DNA of 42,194 bases from an uncultured archaeon (GTDB lineage: Archaea; Asgardarchaeota; Heimdallarchaeia; Heimdallarchaeales; Heimdallarchaeaceae), in the NCBI GenBank assembly GCA_964549075.1, contig CAZJUB010000016.1, positions 1-42,194 of the forward strand. Direction: 5' to 3'. A program made the translations under genes and the position numbers. Below the pieces are notes generated by a model, which saw nothing but the letters and a program-made list of their open reading frames with translations, did not search any database and was not told the origin of the DNA. Shown here one piece after another: positions 19,517 to 30,218 of the stretch (position 1 is its first letter; every line of letters starts with the position of its first letter).

Positions 19517-20032
19517 CTAATCTAATTCTAAAGAACTGCGAATTGTTCTCAGTTCTTGCATTGTTTTTCCTTTAGTATCTTTATCTGTAGTAGAAATATC
19601 AAGTAAAACAAGAAAATCATTATGTCTGAAGGCAATTAACTCGAAAATTCCTTTAGTATGCTCTTTTAAATTATCCCATAATCCTGAGAGAAAATGTGTC
19701 TCTTTGTCCTTGAAATCGGTTATATAATACTCACTTACCTTCATAATATCACCGACATAATATTTGTCAACTAAACGAGAGCGTAATCCAGTCAGATAAT
19801 CTAAAGTCAATGATTTTTCAGTGCAAGGTTGCCAATAGATAAAAAATAATCTGTTAGGTTTCAACCTAATAAAAGGTAAAAAAGTGGTATAATCAAGCCC
19901 TGGAAGCAAGTGTGGAAAATAATCCGAAGGAAAATTTATAGAACCAATATAGTCTATGAATGTTTTCTTCTGTTTATTTGCTAAATCCAGAGATATACTT
20001 ATCATTATAACATTTAAAGTTGAAACACTCAT
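19517..20032 (-). CDS. Hypothetical protein
   Basis: 171-aa ORF filling the space between genes. No confident motif. Confidence 0.6.
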   Translation of the reverse strand: MSVSTLNVIMISISLDLANKQKKTFIDYIGSINFPSDYFPHLLPGLDYTTFLPFIRLKPNRLFFIYWQPCTEKSLTLDYLTGLRSRLVDKYYVGDIMKVSEYYITDFKDKETHFLSGLWDNLKEHTKGIFELIAFRHNDFLVLLDISTTDKDTKGKTMQELRTIRSSLELD

Positions 20033-20165
20033 ATAGCTTACGTAAGATGTGTTAGATTATTGTTTTGACATTGAAGAACATTAATAAATGTCTAAAAAAT
20101 CAAATAAAATTTCTTAATTTTAAGAGAAAATTTTATATTATATTTTTTGTAAACCTAGAAGTTGT

Positions 20166-22118
20166 ATGAATGATATGAGTATAAAAAACAGGACAGAATC
20201 TTATGATGTTTTTGAAGGGATTTCTATATTAGTCATTTTCCTCTATCTAGTAAATGGATCCTGGTGGATATCTACAACTAATAGAGTAGCAATTTTTTTC
20301 TACAGTGGGAACTTTTATTTAGGGAGTGCATTTATATTCATTCCAATTCTAATTTTAGGTATTTCACGTGTTAAAAAATCAGTATTTCAAGACGATACTA
20401 TTAGAAATCAGTTTGTAGGTATTTGTTTAATAATTGCAGGATTTTTATACTTGGTTTCTTCAGGTATCTATACGACTATTGTTTATGAATACAATTATAG
20501 TAATTATGACCTTATTAATAATTTAGCTATTTCAAATATAGTTATACAATATGTTGGTAATGCAGCTTTGTTTAGTTCACTGTTAGGCATTAGAAATGTT
20601 GAAAATCGCTCTAACTTTGTTTCTATCTTGGCTAGATTGAGATATTTATTGTTGATGTTTTTTATACTTGTTTCACTTAACTTCCTGTTCAATGTACTAA
20701 TATTTTCTGAAGCAATTGAAATTGAATACCTAACTTACTCGATAATCCTTTCAATTTTCATAGCATTGCAAAGAATAACTATGGCGATTTTCTTAGTTAT
20801 GTTTTGTTTCTTACAACTTGTTCAATCCAAAGATAATCTAATTTACAGATGTGGAAGAATAAGTGCAATAGTCTTCGTAAGTTCAGCAATAGTTAATCAA
20901 GTACTCATAAATATAAACAAATTTGCTTTAGATTCAGGATACTATTATTATATGGGAAGTTTATCACCTTTCCATCCTTTAAGTAACATTGTACAAATTA
21001 TCAATACTATTCAAACAATATCTCTGTATCTAACTTTAATTGTTATCGGAATTCAACTGATATGTTCATCAATCCAAGAAAAGTCTTTAAGATCCTTTAA
21101 CTTCAGTTCTTTAGCTAATGATCTGTTTAAAGGCTCTATTTTTGTTCTATTAGTATTTTTCATTATTGAAAACAATTATTTCTACAGTAAACCAAAATCT
21201 GTAATACTAGGAGTCTTTTTAACAATTTATCTAAATGAATTTACAGGACTTCCTCTTGATGCTATTCAGTCACTCTATTCAGCCTGTTATCTTATTGGTA
21301 CAATTCTAGTAGTACTAATTATAATCAGGAAGCATTTTAACAAGGAGTATAGAGATATTCAAGAACATAATAAAATTAATTTAAATGGTCCCATGGTATC
21401 TTCAGTGGTTTTTATTTCTCTTAGTATGGCATCGAATTTCATTTTCAGGATGATAATTTATGGATCTGGTTATCTCGATGATATAACTATCTTTGCTTGT
21501 CTTACAGTGGTTAAAGGATTTGAAGTGCTTACACTAATTATTCTAGGATCAATTTTCATAAATGACGAATTTAAAAGATATTTTTCGAAGTTTATAGGAG
21601 ATAGAAGTAAACTTCTGACTCTAATAGGTACTTCTTTGATATTACAAAGTATTGCAGGAGTAGGCACAATATTGGAGAATTATTATAATCTTATAGCTTA
21701 TGGAAATACAGATGAAATCTCATATGCAGTGATTTCTAACATTACAATGTTATTATACGAAATTTCAACAATATTAATACTTGTATGTACAGTTTTACTT
21801 CTACTTGATTCAGTAAGAAATAAACAGATTTTACATAAGATTAGCAAGATTCTTGGAATAATGTTAATAGTTGTTCTTTCAGTGTTCAAGTTAATAACAA
21901 TTATAGGTGGTATTGTGCCAGAAATGGAATTTTTAGAAGTTTTAATAGAACCAGAATTTGTAACAGCAGCAGGTGTTTTTGATGGTTTTGCAGTTATTAT
22001 CTTGTTTTATATATTAATGATAATAGGTTATGGAATCATATCTAAATTATTTGCAAAATCTAATATAAGTGCAGATATCTTACATACTGAGGAAAGAATT
22101 TCAGAATTCCGATACTAG
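20166..22118 (+). CDS. Polytopic membrane protein of unknown function
   Basis: 650 aa with many hydrophobic helices and no recognised transporter motif. Confidence 0.7.
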   Translation: MNDMSIKNRTESYDVFEGISILVIFLYLVNGSWWISTTNRVAIFFYSGNFYLGSAFIFIPILILGISRVKKSVFQDDTIRNQFVGICLIIAGFLYLVSSGIYTTIVYEYNYSNYDLINNLAISNIVIQYVGNAALFSSLLGIRNVENRSNFVSILARLRYLLLMFFILVSLNFLFNVLIFSEAIEIEYLTYSIILSIFIALQRITMAIFLVMFCFLQLVQSKDNLIYRCGRISAIVFVSSAIVNQVLININKFALDSGYYYYMGSLSPFHPLSNIVQIINTIQTISLYLTLIVIGIQLICSSIQEKSLRSFNFSSLANDLFKGSIFVLLVFFIIENNYFYSKPKSVILGVFLTIYLNEFTGLPLDAIQSLYSACYLIGTILVVLIIIRKHFNKEYRDIQEHNKINLNGPMVSSVVFISLSMASNFIFRMIIYGSGYLDDITIFACLTVVKGFEVLTLIILGSIFINDEFKRYFSKFIGDRSKLLTLIGTSLILQSIAGVGTILENYYNLIAYGNTDEISYAVISNITMLLYEISTILILVCTVLLLLDSVRNKQILHKISKILGIMLIVVLSVFKLITIIGGIVPEMEFLEVLIEPEFVTAAGVFDGFAVIILFYILMIIGYGIISKLFAKSNISADILHTEERISEFRY

Positions 22119-24463
22119 TCCTTTTGTTTGTTTTTAACAAAAGGATTTTTGTATCTTTTTAATAAAAGAGAATTTGTAACTACTGAGACAGATGATAGCG
22201 CCATTGCTAAACCTGCGACAACAGCTGGTAATAGAAATCCTGCAGGCACTAAGATTCCAGCTGCGATTGGTATACCTATCGAATTATATAATAATGCCCA
22301 AAATAAACCCATTTTCACTCTCTGGATTGTTTTTTGACTTAAATCGATAATAGTAACTGCATCTCTTAAATCATCTTTTACAAGTACAATATCACCAGCT
22401 TCAATTGCTACATCAGTACCTGAACCAACAGCTACACCCACATCTGCTTGTGCCAAAGCAGGAGCATCATTAATGCCATCACCCTGATACAGTACAATAT
22501 GATTATCTTGTTGATATTTCTTTACAACATCTACTTTCTGGTCTGGGAGAACTTCCGCATGAATTTCATCTATACCCACTTGTTGTCCTACAGCTTTTGC
22601 TGCTCTCAAATTATCTCCACTGACCATAACCACTTTGATCCCCATATGTTTTAGAGCCTCTACAGCTTCTTTTGAGGTAGGTTTGATAGTATCAGAAATA
22701 GCTAAAACACCAATAATTTTCTTACTATCTAAAATCATCATAACAGTTTTACCTTCTTGCTCTAATCTTTCCATCTGGGACTCGATTTTATCATAAACTT
22801 TAACTTTCATTAACTCAGCAATCCTACGATTCCCAACGAGATATTGAGTGTTTTTAATCATAGCTTCTATTCCTTTACCAGGATAAGCTTTGAAATCAGA
22901 AATTTCTTGAACTGCAATTCCTTCTTCTTCAGTTTTTTGAACTATCGCTTTTGCAATTGAATGTTCAGATCCTTTCTCTAAAGAGCCAGCAATTTGTAAG
23001 ATATCTTTATCATCGAAATTTTCATCGAAAGAGAGAACATCAGTTACCTGCGGTCTTCCTTCAGTAATTGTTCCTGTTTTGTCCATCAGAACTGCACTAG
23101 TTTTTCTGGCTATTTCTAATGAATCTCCGCTTCTTATTAAAATACCATTTTTAGCACCTATTCCGGTTCCAACCATAATAGCAGTTGGTGTTGCTAAACC
23201 TAAAGCACAGGGACAAGATATGACCACAACAGTTATTCCAATTAAGAAAGCAAAAAGAAATGGTGAGGAAATACCAGCAGCGATATTTTGAGGGAGATTT
23301 GCAAGAGAGACTACGTTGGTTTTTAACAGTGAATACCAGATGATAAATGCGATTAAAGCTATAATTAACACTGCAGGAACAAACCATGCTGAAATCTTAT
23401 CAGCTAATTTTTGTATTGGTATTTTTGATGTTTGAGCTTCATCAACCATCTTAATAATTTGATTTAAAGTAGTATCAGCTCCTACTCTTGTTGTTTTCAT
23501 TTTAAGAAAACCATTTTCGTTAATGGTACCACCTGTTAGAGCTGCACCTTTTTCTTTGAAGACTGGAACACTCTCTCCTGTAATCATACTTTCATTCAAA
23601 TATGATTGACCTTCGATAACTATTCCATCTACAGGAATACTATCTCCAGGTTTGATAAGACAGATATCATCTACTTTAACATCATCAATAGGCACTTCTA
23701 GCTCTTTACCATCCTTTTCAATAATTGCAGTATCAGGTCGAAGCTCTATGAGTTTTTTTATAGCCTCTGATGTTCTGCCTTTGGCTATTTCTTCAAGATA
23801 TTTTCCTAGAAATATGAATGTTAGTAGTAGTGCTGAAGTTTCAAAGAAAACAGCTCCTTCATATAATACGTTAAAGTAACTATAAATCATAGCAAATAAG
23901 CTGTAAAAATAAGCTGCACTTGTTCCCAGAACAATAAGAACATCCATTGAAGCACTTTTATTAATTACACTTTTCCAAGCTGCTTTGTAAAAAGTAAAGG
24001 CAATTATAAATTGGATAGGTGTAGTAAGTAGTAATTGAAGAAAATTAGATAAAAGCATACCAGTAAAGATTTCTTTAGTCATTAACCAATGACTGAAAAT
24101 AGGAAACCAAGATCTAAATGGTTCCATATGTCCCATAGCAAAAATGAAAACAGGTAAAGCAAGAATTAAACTTGCATAAAATCTATTTCGCATATCTTTT
24201 AATTGTTTATTTTGCATGAAAGAAAGTTGATCGACATCAAATGATGCTTTATAACCAGCTTTTTCGATTGCTTTTATAATTGATTTATCTTTGACTAATG
24301 AAGCATTGTAGAGTAATTTAGCATTATGACTAACAAGATTTACAGAAGCTGATTCTACACCATCAACAGAGGTCAACGCCTTCTCAACTCTAGTAACGCA
24401 AGCTGCACAATGCATTCCTTCAACCGAAATAGTTCTCTTCTCCAACTCTTCAGCCATTTTCAA
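22115..24463 (-). CDS. copA: Cu(I)-translocating P1B-type ATPase
   Basis: GMHCAAC HMA domain, TGES, CPC, DKTGT, GDGINDAP, YN and MALSS motifs. Confidence 0.95.
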   Translation of the reverse strand: MKMAEELEKRTISVEGMHCAACVTRVEKALTSVDGVESASVNLVSHNAKLLYNASLVKDKSIIKAIEKAGYKASFDVDQLSFMQNKQLKDMRNRFYASLILALPVFIFAMGHMEPFRSWFPIFSHWLMTKEIFTGMLLSNFLQLLLTTPIQFIIAFTFYKAAWKSVINKSASMDVLIVLGTSAAYFYSLFAMIYSYFNVLYEGAVFFETSALLLTFIFLGKYLEEIAKGRTSEAIKKLIELRPDTAIIEKDGKELEVPIDDVKVDDICLIKPGDSIPVDGIVIEGQSYLNESMITGESVPVFKEKGAALTGGTINENGFLKMKTTRVGADTTLNQIIKMVDEAQTSKIPIQKLADKISAWFVPAVLIIALIAFIIWYSLLKTNVVSLANLPQNIAAGISSPFLFAFLIGITVVVISCPCALGLATPTAIMVGTGIGAKNGILIRSGDSLEIARKTSAVLMDKTGTITEGRPQVTDVLSFDENFDDKDILQIAGSLEKGSEHSIAKAIVQKTEEEGIAVQEISDFKAYPGKGIEAMIKNTQYLVGNRRIAELMKVKVYDKIESQMERLEQEGKTVMMILDSKKIIGVLAISDTIKPTSKEAVEALKHMGIKVVMVSGDNLRAAKAVGQQVGIDEIHAEVLPDQKVDVVKKYQQDNHIVLYQGDGINDAPALAQADVGVAVGSGTDVAIEAGDIVLVKDDLRDAVTIIDLSQKTIQRVKMGLFWALLYNSIGIPIAAGILVPAGFLLPAVVAGLAMALSSVSVVTNSLLLKRYKNPFVKNKQKD

Positions 24464-24499
24464 ACCTTTATCCTATTTGTACTTCTGTCAATTATTGTT

Positions 24500-24712
24500 T
24501 TAAGCAACAGTTGCTTTATAACCTGATTCTTCTACTGCTTTTATTAATTGTTTAACTTCTACTTTTCCTTCTTTGTAAAGGACTTTTGCTTTATTAGTCT
24601 CAAGATTTACTTCGACTTCCTTAACGCCTTTAACATCCTTCAAAGCGTTAGCAACAGTCATTTGACAATGACCACAAGTCATACCTTCAATGTTAAGAAT
24701 AATTTCACTCAT
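24500..24712 (-). CDS. copZ: Copper chaperone
   Basis: GMTCGHC HMA domain directly upstream of copA. ATG 24712 (track start 24721). Confidence 0.9.
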   Translation of the reverse strand: MSEIILNIEGMTCGHCQMTVANALKDVKGVKEVEVNLETNKAKVLYKEGKVEVKQLIKAVEESGYKATVA

Positions 24713-24841
24713 AATAATCAAATAACAGTACTAAAAAGAGATATTTAATATCTCGCCTTGAACAAAAAAATAAGACAAATTTTGAAAAAAGCCTAGTTTT
24801 AAAGGGACGGATTCAAACAATTCTATTTGAGGTAATGAAAA

Positions 24842-25756
24842 ATGTCAGATCTTATCAAAGTAGCAGCAGCACAAGTCGCACCAGTGTATCTTGATATTGT
24901 TAAAACTGTGGAAAAAGCTATAACAATAATAAAAGAAGCTGCAAAGAATAAAGCAAAATTAATAGTTTTTCCAGAAGCATTCGTTCCAGGTTATCCTGAT
25001 TGGGTTTGGGTGGTTCCTAGTTATAAATCAACTATTCTTAATAAGCTCTATACAAATTTAGTAGAAAATAGTATCTCAATACCAGATAAATATACAGAAC
25101 AATTATCTCAAGCAGCAAAAGAAGCTAATATTCATGTAATGATAGGAATTCAAGAGAAGAATTCAGAGGCAAGCAGTAGTAGTATTTACAACTCAATACT
25201 CTATATTGATGATAAGGGAAAAATTGGAGGAAAACATAGAAAACTTGTGCCAACTGGAGCTGAAAGATTAGTATGGGCACAAGGAGATGGAAGTACTTTA
25301 CAAGTTTTCAACACTTCAATAGGAAAAATAGGGGGATTGATCTGCTGGGAGAACTTTATGCCTTTAGCTCGAAACGCGATGTATGTTGAAGGAGCTCAGA
25401 TTCTTGTCGCTCCAACATGGGATAAGAGTGAGAAATGGTTACAAAGCATGCAGTATATAGCTCGAGAAGGAGGTTTGTTTGTAATAAGTTGTTGTACTCC
25501 TTTGAATAAAGAAAATATTCCTATCGAATTAGGTTTCAAAGAATTTTACCCAGATGATCGTGAATGGATAAATATAGGAAACAGCTGTATCATCAATCCT
25601 AAAGGAGAGATAATAGCTGGACCACTTAAAGCTGAAGAAGGCATACTTTATGCAAAATTAGATCTAAGAGAGATAAGTGCTTCAAAAAGGCTTTTTGATG
25701 TAACAGGACATTATGCAAGGCCTGATGTTTTTAATTTCAATGTGGATCACGATTAA
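24842..25756 (+). CDS. Nitrilase (carbon-nitrogen hydrolase, branch 1-like)
   Basis: FPEAF, HRKLVPT and ICWEN catalytic E-K-C triad. GHYARPDVF tail. Confidence 0.92.
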   Translation: MSDLIKVAAAQVAPVYLDIVKTVEKAITIIKEAAKNKAKLIVFPEAFVPGYPDWVWVVPSYKSTILNKLYTNLVENSISIPDKYTEQLSQAAKEANIHVMIGIQEKNSEASSSSIYNSILYIDDKGKIGGKHRKLVPTGAERLVWAQGDGSTLQVFNTSIGKIGGLICWENFMPLARNAMYVEGAQILVAPTWDKSEKWLQSMQYIAREGGLFVISCCTPLNKENIPIELGFKEFYPDDREWINIGNSCIINPKGEIIAGPLKAEEGILYAKLDLREISASKRLFDVTGHYARPDVFNFNVDHD

Positions 25757-25797
25757 CATATACTTCCTAAATTTAGTAATTAATATAACAAAATGAT

Positions 25798-26007
25798 TTA
25801 GACAAGCATAGCTGAGAAACCTAAAGCGACAATAATAGCTTTTATTTTGTTTTTAGTTATTTTATTTGGATCTATCTCTACAATAGCTCGTTTTTCTTTT
25901 AAGCTAATTTCGGATGAATCCACTCCTGATGTAAACCCTAGTGCTAGACCAATTTTTCTTGCACATTTAGCACAATGTATATCAGGAATATCGTAAACAC
26001 ATTGCAT
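25798..26007 (-). CDS. Second stand-alone HMA-domain protein
   Basis: DIHCAKC motif in a 69-aa HMA-like pattern ending ALGF. Confidence 0.75.
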   Translation of the reverse strand: MQCVYDIPDIHCAKCARKIGLALGFTSGVDSSEISLKEKRAIVEIDPNKITKNKIKAIIVALGFSAMLV

Positions 26008-26117
26008 TTAATCCACTTCAAGATTATCATTGTGTGCACCCTTTTTAAAGTAAGTGTTGTACAATTCTTGAGGAGAATTACAAAAGAAATTTAAAGTATA
26101 GGAAAATCCAGAAATCT

Positions 26118-27410
26118 ATGCAAAGGAAGCTTACTTCTAGAACCATGATTTCTATAGCATTACTAACGTTTGCTGGAGAAATTGCTTGGGGAGTTGAAAA
26201 TCAGTACTTTAACGTTTTTATGTATAACGAAATAGCTCCTAATCCAACCTATATCTCTTGGATGGTTGCAATGAGTGCGATAACTGCAACATTTACAGCT
26301 ATTTTCTTAGGAGCTCTCTCAGATAAAATTGGTAAAAGGAGAGTATTCTTTATTGTTGGTTTACCCCTTTGGGCTATAACAACAGCTATTTTCCCTCTTT
26401 CTGGATATCTAAAACCAATAATTCTTGCAGTTTCGATAGCAATACTATTTGATTGTTTAATGACGTTCTTTGGTTCGATGTCTAATGATGCATCTTTAAA
26501 AGCATATTCAGTCGATGTTACAACTCTAGATAATAGAGGAAAGCTAAGTGCTTTAATCGAAGTTGCTATGTTAGTAGCTACTTTAGTAGTTTACGGAACT
26601 TCAGGTTTAATCATTGATAAGTTAGGTTACTTTTCTTTATTCTACATAATTGGTGGTGTAGTAGGAGTATTAGGAACATTAGGAGCATTTTTAGCAAAAG
26701 ATCCTGATATTAAACCTACAAAAACAAGTTATTGGCAAAATTTGAAATCTACTTTCAAAATCGATGAATTAAAACAAAATAAAAGTGCTTTACTAGTATT
26801 TTTAGGAATAATGTTTAGAGGAATTGCCTTTAACGTTTTCTTCCCTTATTTAATTATCTACTTACAACACTATCTAAAATTCTCTATAACTCAATCTAGT
26901 ATAATTGTATTTATAGCCATATTAGTGGCGATACTAGGAGCTATACCAGTTGGATTTATTGTGGATAAAATAGGCAGAAAAATAATAGCTTTTATAGCTA
27001 TTCTAGTTGAAGCAATTGCATTAATCCTTTTTGCGATACCAAAGAGTAATGATTTTTTTATTATTTTAACTATTATAGGCTCATTTATGATGTTAGCTAT
27101 GATGCTTTGGGACATATCAGTTAATACTTGGGTAAAAGACCTATTTCCTGAAGAAAAACGTGGGCAATTCGCAGGATTATTCATGATATTTTTTGTTCTA
27201 ATTCCAATGATTATAGGTCCATTTATTGGTAGTTCAATTGCAAAAACAACAGGTCAAACTTTTATCGATCCCGAGACTGGACAAGAGGGATTTATACCTC
27301 CACCTTTACTATTCATTATAGCAGGGATATTAATGTTGCCTTCAGCTATTCCTTTATTCTGGGCTAAAGATTTGAAAAAGGAAAAAAACAATCTAAAAGA
27401 AACGGTTTAA
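26118..27410 (+). CDS. MFS transporter, probable sugar/glycoside permease
   Basis: GALSDKIGKRR and GFIVDKIGRK motif A copies, about 12 TMs, convergent with a GH2 gene. Confidence 0.88.
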   Translation: MQRKLTSRTMISIALLTFAGEIAWGVENQYFNVFMYNEIAPNPTYISWMVAMSAITATFTAIFLGALSDKIGKRRVFFIVGLPLWAITTAIFPLSGYLKPIILAVSIAILFDCLMTFFGSMSNDASLKAYSVDVTTLDNRGKLSALIEVAMLVATLVVYGTSGLIIDKLGYFSLFYIIGGVVGVLGTLGAFLAKDPDIKPTKTSYWQNLKSTFKIDELKQNKSALLVFLGIMFRGIAFNVFFPYLIIYLQHYLKFSITQSSIIVFIAILVAILGAIPVGFIVDKIGRKIIAFIAILVEAIALILFAIPKSNDFFIILTIIGSFMMLAMMLWDISVNTWVKDLFPEEKRGQFAGLFMIFFVLIPMIIGPFIGSSIAKTTGQTFIDPETGQEGFIPPPLLFIIAGILMLPSAIPLFWAKDLKKEKNNLKETV

Positions 27411-29200
27411 TCTTTTTTCTCATCATCTTTAATTAGCTTTTTTGCAAAATCTTGTGCTTTGATAAAATCAATTTTGGGAACTTTCCTATCATAAGTAATT
27501 AAACCATTAATTTCTCTTTCAACATCAACAAGCTGTGTATAAATAGCAGCACTCAATCCCTTATATTTTAAAACTGATGTTTCAGTTAAAATCTCTGAAT
27601 AACTAGATTTTAACTCTTCATTTGTGTTAAATTCTTTATAAGCCCAACTTTTTTCAGAATTCCAGATATGTCCATTTATTTTTAGTCCTAAACCTCCGAA
27701 CTCCCCTAAAACAGCTACTCTGTTAGTCTCTATTGGAGGTATAGCTGGACCTACATATTTGTGAATATCTCTGATATCACCTGTTTTTTTATCAACCCAT
27801 CCACTAATACTGTCAATTAATCTAGAATTATCAAGAGTACGAATAAAATCTGTAACTTGTTTGGTTTCAAACTGCCCCCAAGCTTCGTTAAATGGTACCC
27901 AAACAATAACTGAAGGATGGTTGTAAAGAAAATCAATCATCTCTTTGAGTTCAGAATAATATTGTTTTCTAACAGATTTCTTATATCTACCATACTTAGA
28001 ACTAAGTTTTTCACCTAATAAAAAACCGATAGCACCTGCCCAAAAACTACCACCATTTGGCATATCTTGCCAAACGAGTATGCCTAATTTATCACAATGA
28101 TAATACCATCTCGAAGGTTCAACTTTAACATGTTTTCGAATCATGTTAAAGCCAAATTTCAGAGCTAGTTCAATATCATATTTCAGAGCTTCATCTGTTG
28201 GAGCAGTATATAATCCATCAGGCCAATATCCTTGATCTAAAACTCCATATTGGAATAAAATAGTATTGTTCAGAGCAAGTCTTGGAAAACCGGATTTGTC
28301 ATTCATAATACTTATTTTTCTCATTCCAAAGTAACTCTCGACTTTATCAATCGTCTCATTTTTTCGCTTAAGCTCTATAAACAAATCGTAAAGAAAAGGA
28401 TTTTCAAGGCTCCACAATCTTTGATTTGGAATATCTATAACAAAAGGACCTTCGTCCTCGAAAATTGCCTTTGTAACTAATTTTCCTTTAGATTTGATGT
28501 TAACGATTATTTCATCTGTGCCCTTAAAATTGTTAAAAATCGGTTTGATATTCAACTTGGAATTATCTATATCTGGAACTAGAAAAATTCTGTCTATTCG
28601 AGATCTTGGAACAGGTTCCAACCACACTGTACCCCAAATACCTGAAACAGCTGTATAGAAAATTAATTTCGGATTTAGTCTCTGTTTACCTCTCTCTTGT
28701 CTCCCTTTGTTAGTAGGATCCCATACTGAGACAATAATCTCATTTTCTCCTCGGAATTTTATGTATCTTGAAACCTCAAAAGAAAAAGGAACATATCCTC
28801 CTCTATGTTCTCCAACATATTCTCCATTTACCCAAATCTTTGTATCCCAATCAACAGCTCCAAAATGTAGAATAATATCTTGTTCCTTCCATGCATCTGG
28901 TATATCAAAAATTCGACGATACCAAATTATCTGATTAGGTTTTAGTTTTCGTTTAACACCAGATAACGCCGATTCGACAGCAAAAGGAACAAGGATCTTT
29001 CCTTCATAATTTTCTGGTTTAGAACTAGCTTTTGATAGGATGCTGTAATCCCATAAACCATTAAGATTCAACCAGGTTCCTCTCTTAAATTGTGGTCGAG
29101 GATAGTCTGGTATAGGTGATTCTGGATTCACATCATCACACCATTGAGTAGCAAGTACTCCTTGAACTATCTCCCAGGTGTATTTCAACTCGTTTGACAT
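27407..29200 (-). CDS. Glycoside hydrolase family 2
   Basis: YPRPQ, LNLNGLW, HFGAVD, LDQGYWPDG, RKHVKVE, FNEAWG and GEFGG motifs. Confidence 0.92.
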   Translation of the reverse strand: MSNELKYTWEIVQGVLATQWCDDVNPESPIPDYPRPQFKRGTWLNLNGLWDYSILSKASSKPENYEGKILVPFAVESALSGVKRKLKPNQIIWYRRIFDIPDAWKEQDIILHFGAVDWDTKIWVNGEYVGEHRGGYVPFSFEVSRYIKFRGENEIIVSVWDPTNKGRQERGKQRLNPKLIFYTAVSGIWGTVWLEPVPRSRIDRIFLVPDIDNSKLNIKPIFNNFKGTDEIIVNIKSKGKLVTKAIFEDEGPFVIDIPNQRLWSLENPFLYDLFIELKRKNETIDKVESYFGMRKISIMNDKSGFPRLALNNTILFQYGVLDQGYWPDGLYTAPTDEALKYDIELALKFGFNMIRKHVKVEPSRWYYHCDKLGILVWQDMPNGGSFWAGAIGFLLGEKLSSKYGRYKKSVRKQYYSELKEMIDFLYNHPSVIVWVPFNEAWGQFETKQVTDFIRTLDNSRLIDSISGWVDKKTGDIRDIHKYVGPAIPPIETNRVAVLGEFGGLGLKINGHIWNSEKSWAYKEFNTNEELKSSYSEILTETSVLKYKGLSAAIYTQLVDVEREINGLITYDRKVPKIDFIKAQDFAKKLIKDDEKKD

Positions 29201-29279
29201 TAAGTAAAAAGTAATATGTATATAGAAAAATTTTGTGGAAATTAAAAGAGAGTTTAGTTAACTTAAAAAATAAATCACT

Positions 29280-30056
29280 TTATTCTTCTAATTCATATGA
29301 AAAATCTAAATTACCTGTAAAAATGTTAACAAATTGATTACTTCGTTTTTCTTCAGGTACTTTTTCACTGTCCATCTCTTCTTTAATCTCTTCTTTTAAT
29401 TCTTCAAGTTGTTTAATAAAACTAAATATTAGTTCATTTATTTTGAACATATGTTTCCATTTACTAATCTTCAGCTGATTGACATAAATACTAATATCCA
29501 TAGGTGACAAATTAGTCTTTTTAATAAGCGCTTCTTTATCTTCTTCCTCATCGTAGATTTTCTTATATTCATTTATCTTATTTATAGCTTCATTTATCAT
29601 AACATTTTGAAGATTGGAAACAAAGTAGAAGTATTTTGCTGTTACTGATATTTCCTCAAGTTTTCCTTCTGAAATTATTCTTTCTACAACATAAGATGCT
29701 AAGTCCTTTTCAGAGAATTTATCTAGATCACCTAGATCGCTTGAGATTTTTTCAACTTGTTCATCTAAAGTATGCATATATTCGTCATAAATTTGTTTTA
29801 CAGCAGGTGACAATTTGTAATACTTCCCCCAACTATCTTCAGATTTTTCACTATCAAACACTATAATACCTTTATCTTTTAGTTTTCTAATATATCTCAG
29901 AGTAGTGCTTTCAGGTTTATTGAGCATTACAGCTAGTTTCTTTAGATTAAGTGATTCATACCAATTTAGAGCTGTTACAATCCCATATTCTATTTCATCT
30001 GAAACCAAAGTAAAATATTGCTGTTTGATTCTCTCGTATTCTTTGGTTTTACTCAT
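29280..30056 (-). CDS. Winged helix-turn-helix transcriptional regulator with helical C-terminal domain
   Basis: LNLKKLAVMLNKPESTTLRYIRKLKDKGII followed by wing KYYKLS. Divergent from the small-ORF/MFS units. Confidence 0.8.
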   Translation of the reverse strand: MSKTKEYERIKQQYFTLVSDEIEYGIVTALNWYESLNLKKLAVMLNKPESTTLRYIRKLKDKGIIVFDSEKSEDSWGKYYKLSPAVKQIYDEYMHTLDEQVEKISSDLGDLDKFSEKDLASYVVERIISEGKLEEISVTAKYFYFVSNLQNVMINEAINKINEYKKIYDEEEDKEALIKKTNLSPMDISIYVNQLKISKWKHMFKINELIFSFIKQLEELKEEIKEEMDSEKVPEEKRSNQFVNIFTGNLDFSYELEE

Positions 30057-30087
30057 GTTTATTCACAAAGAACAACATATCAAACCA

Positions 30088-30209
30088 CTTAAAAAGTTTT
30101 TCCATTATGAAAGAAATTTCAAATTGACAGAAAAGTTTATAAGTCAAAGAATACACAAATATTTCAGAAAGGAATTAATTTCATATTGAAAGAAATTCAA
30201 AAATGGAGG
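30088..30209. promoter_or_regulatory. Divergent promoter with TATA box and repeated palindromic operator-like sites
   Basis: Purine-rich BRE-like stretch + TTTATAA at 30136-30142, TGAAAGAAATTTCA at 30108-30121, TTGAAAGAAATTCAA at 30186-30200, GGAGG at 30205-30209. Confidence 0.55.
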
Positions 30210-30218
30210 AAACAAAAA

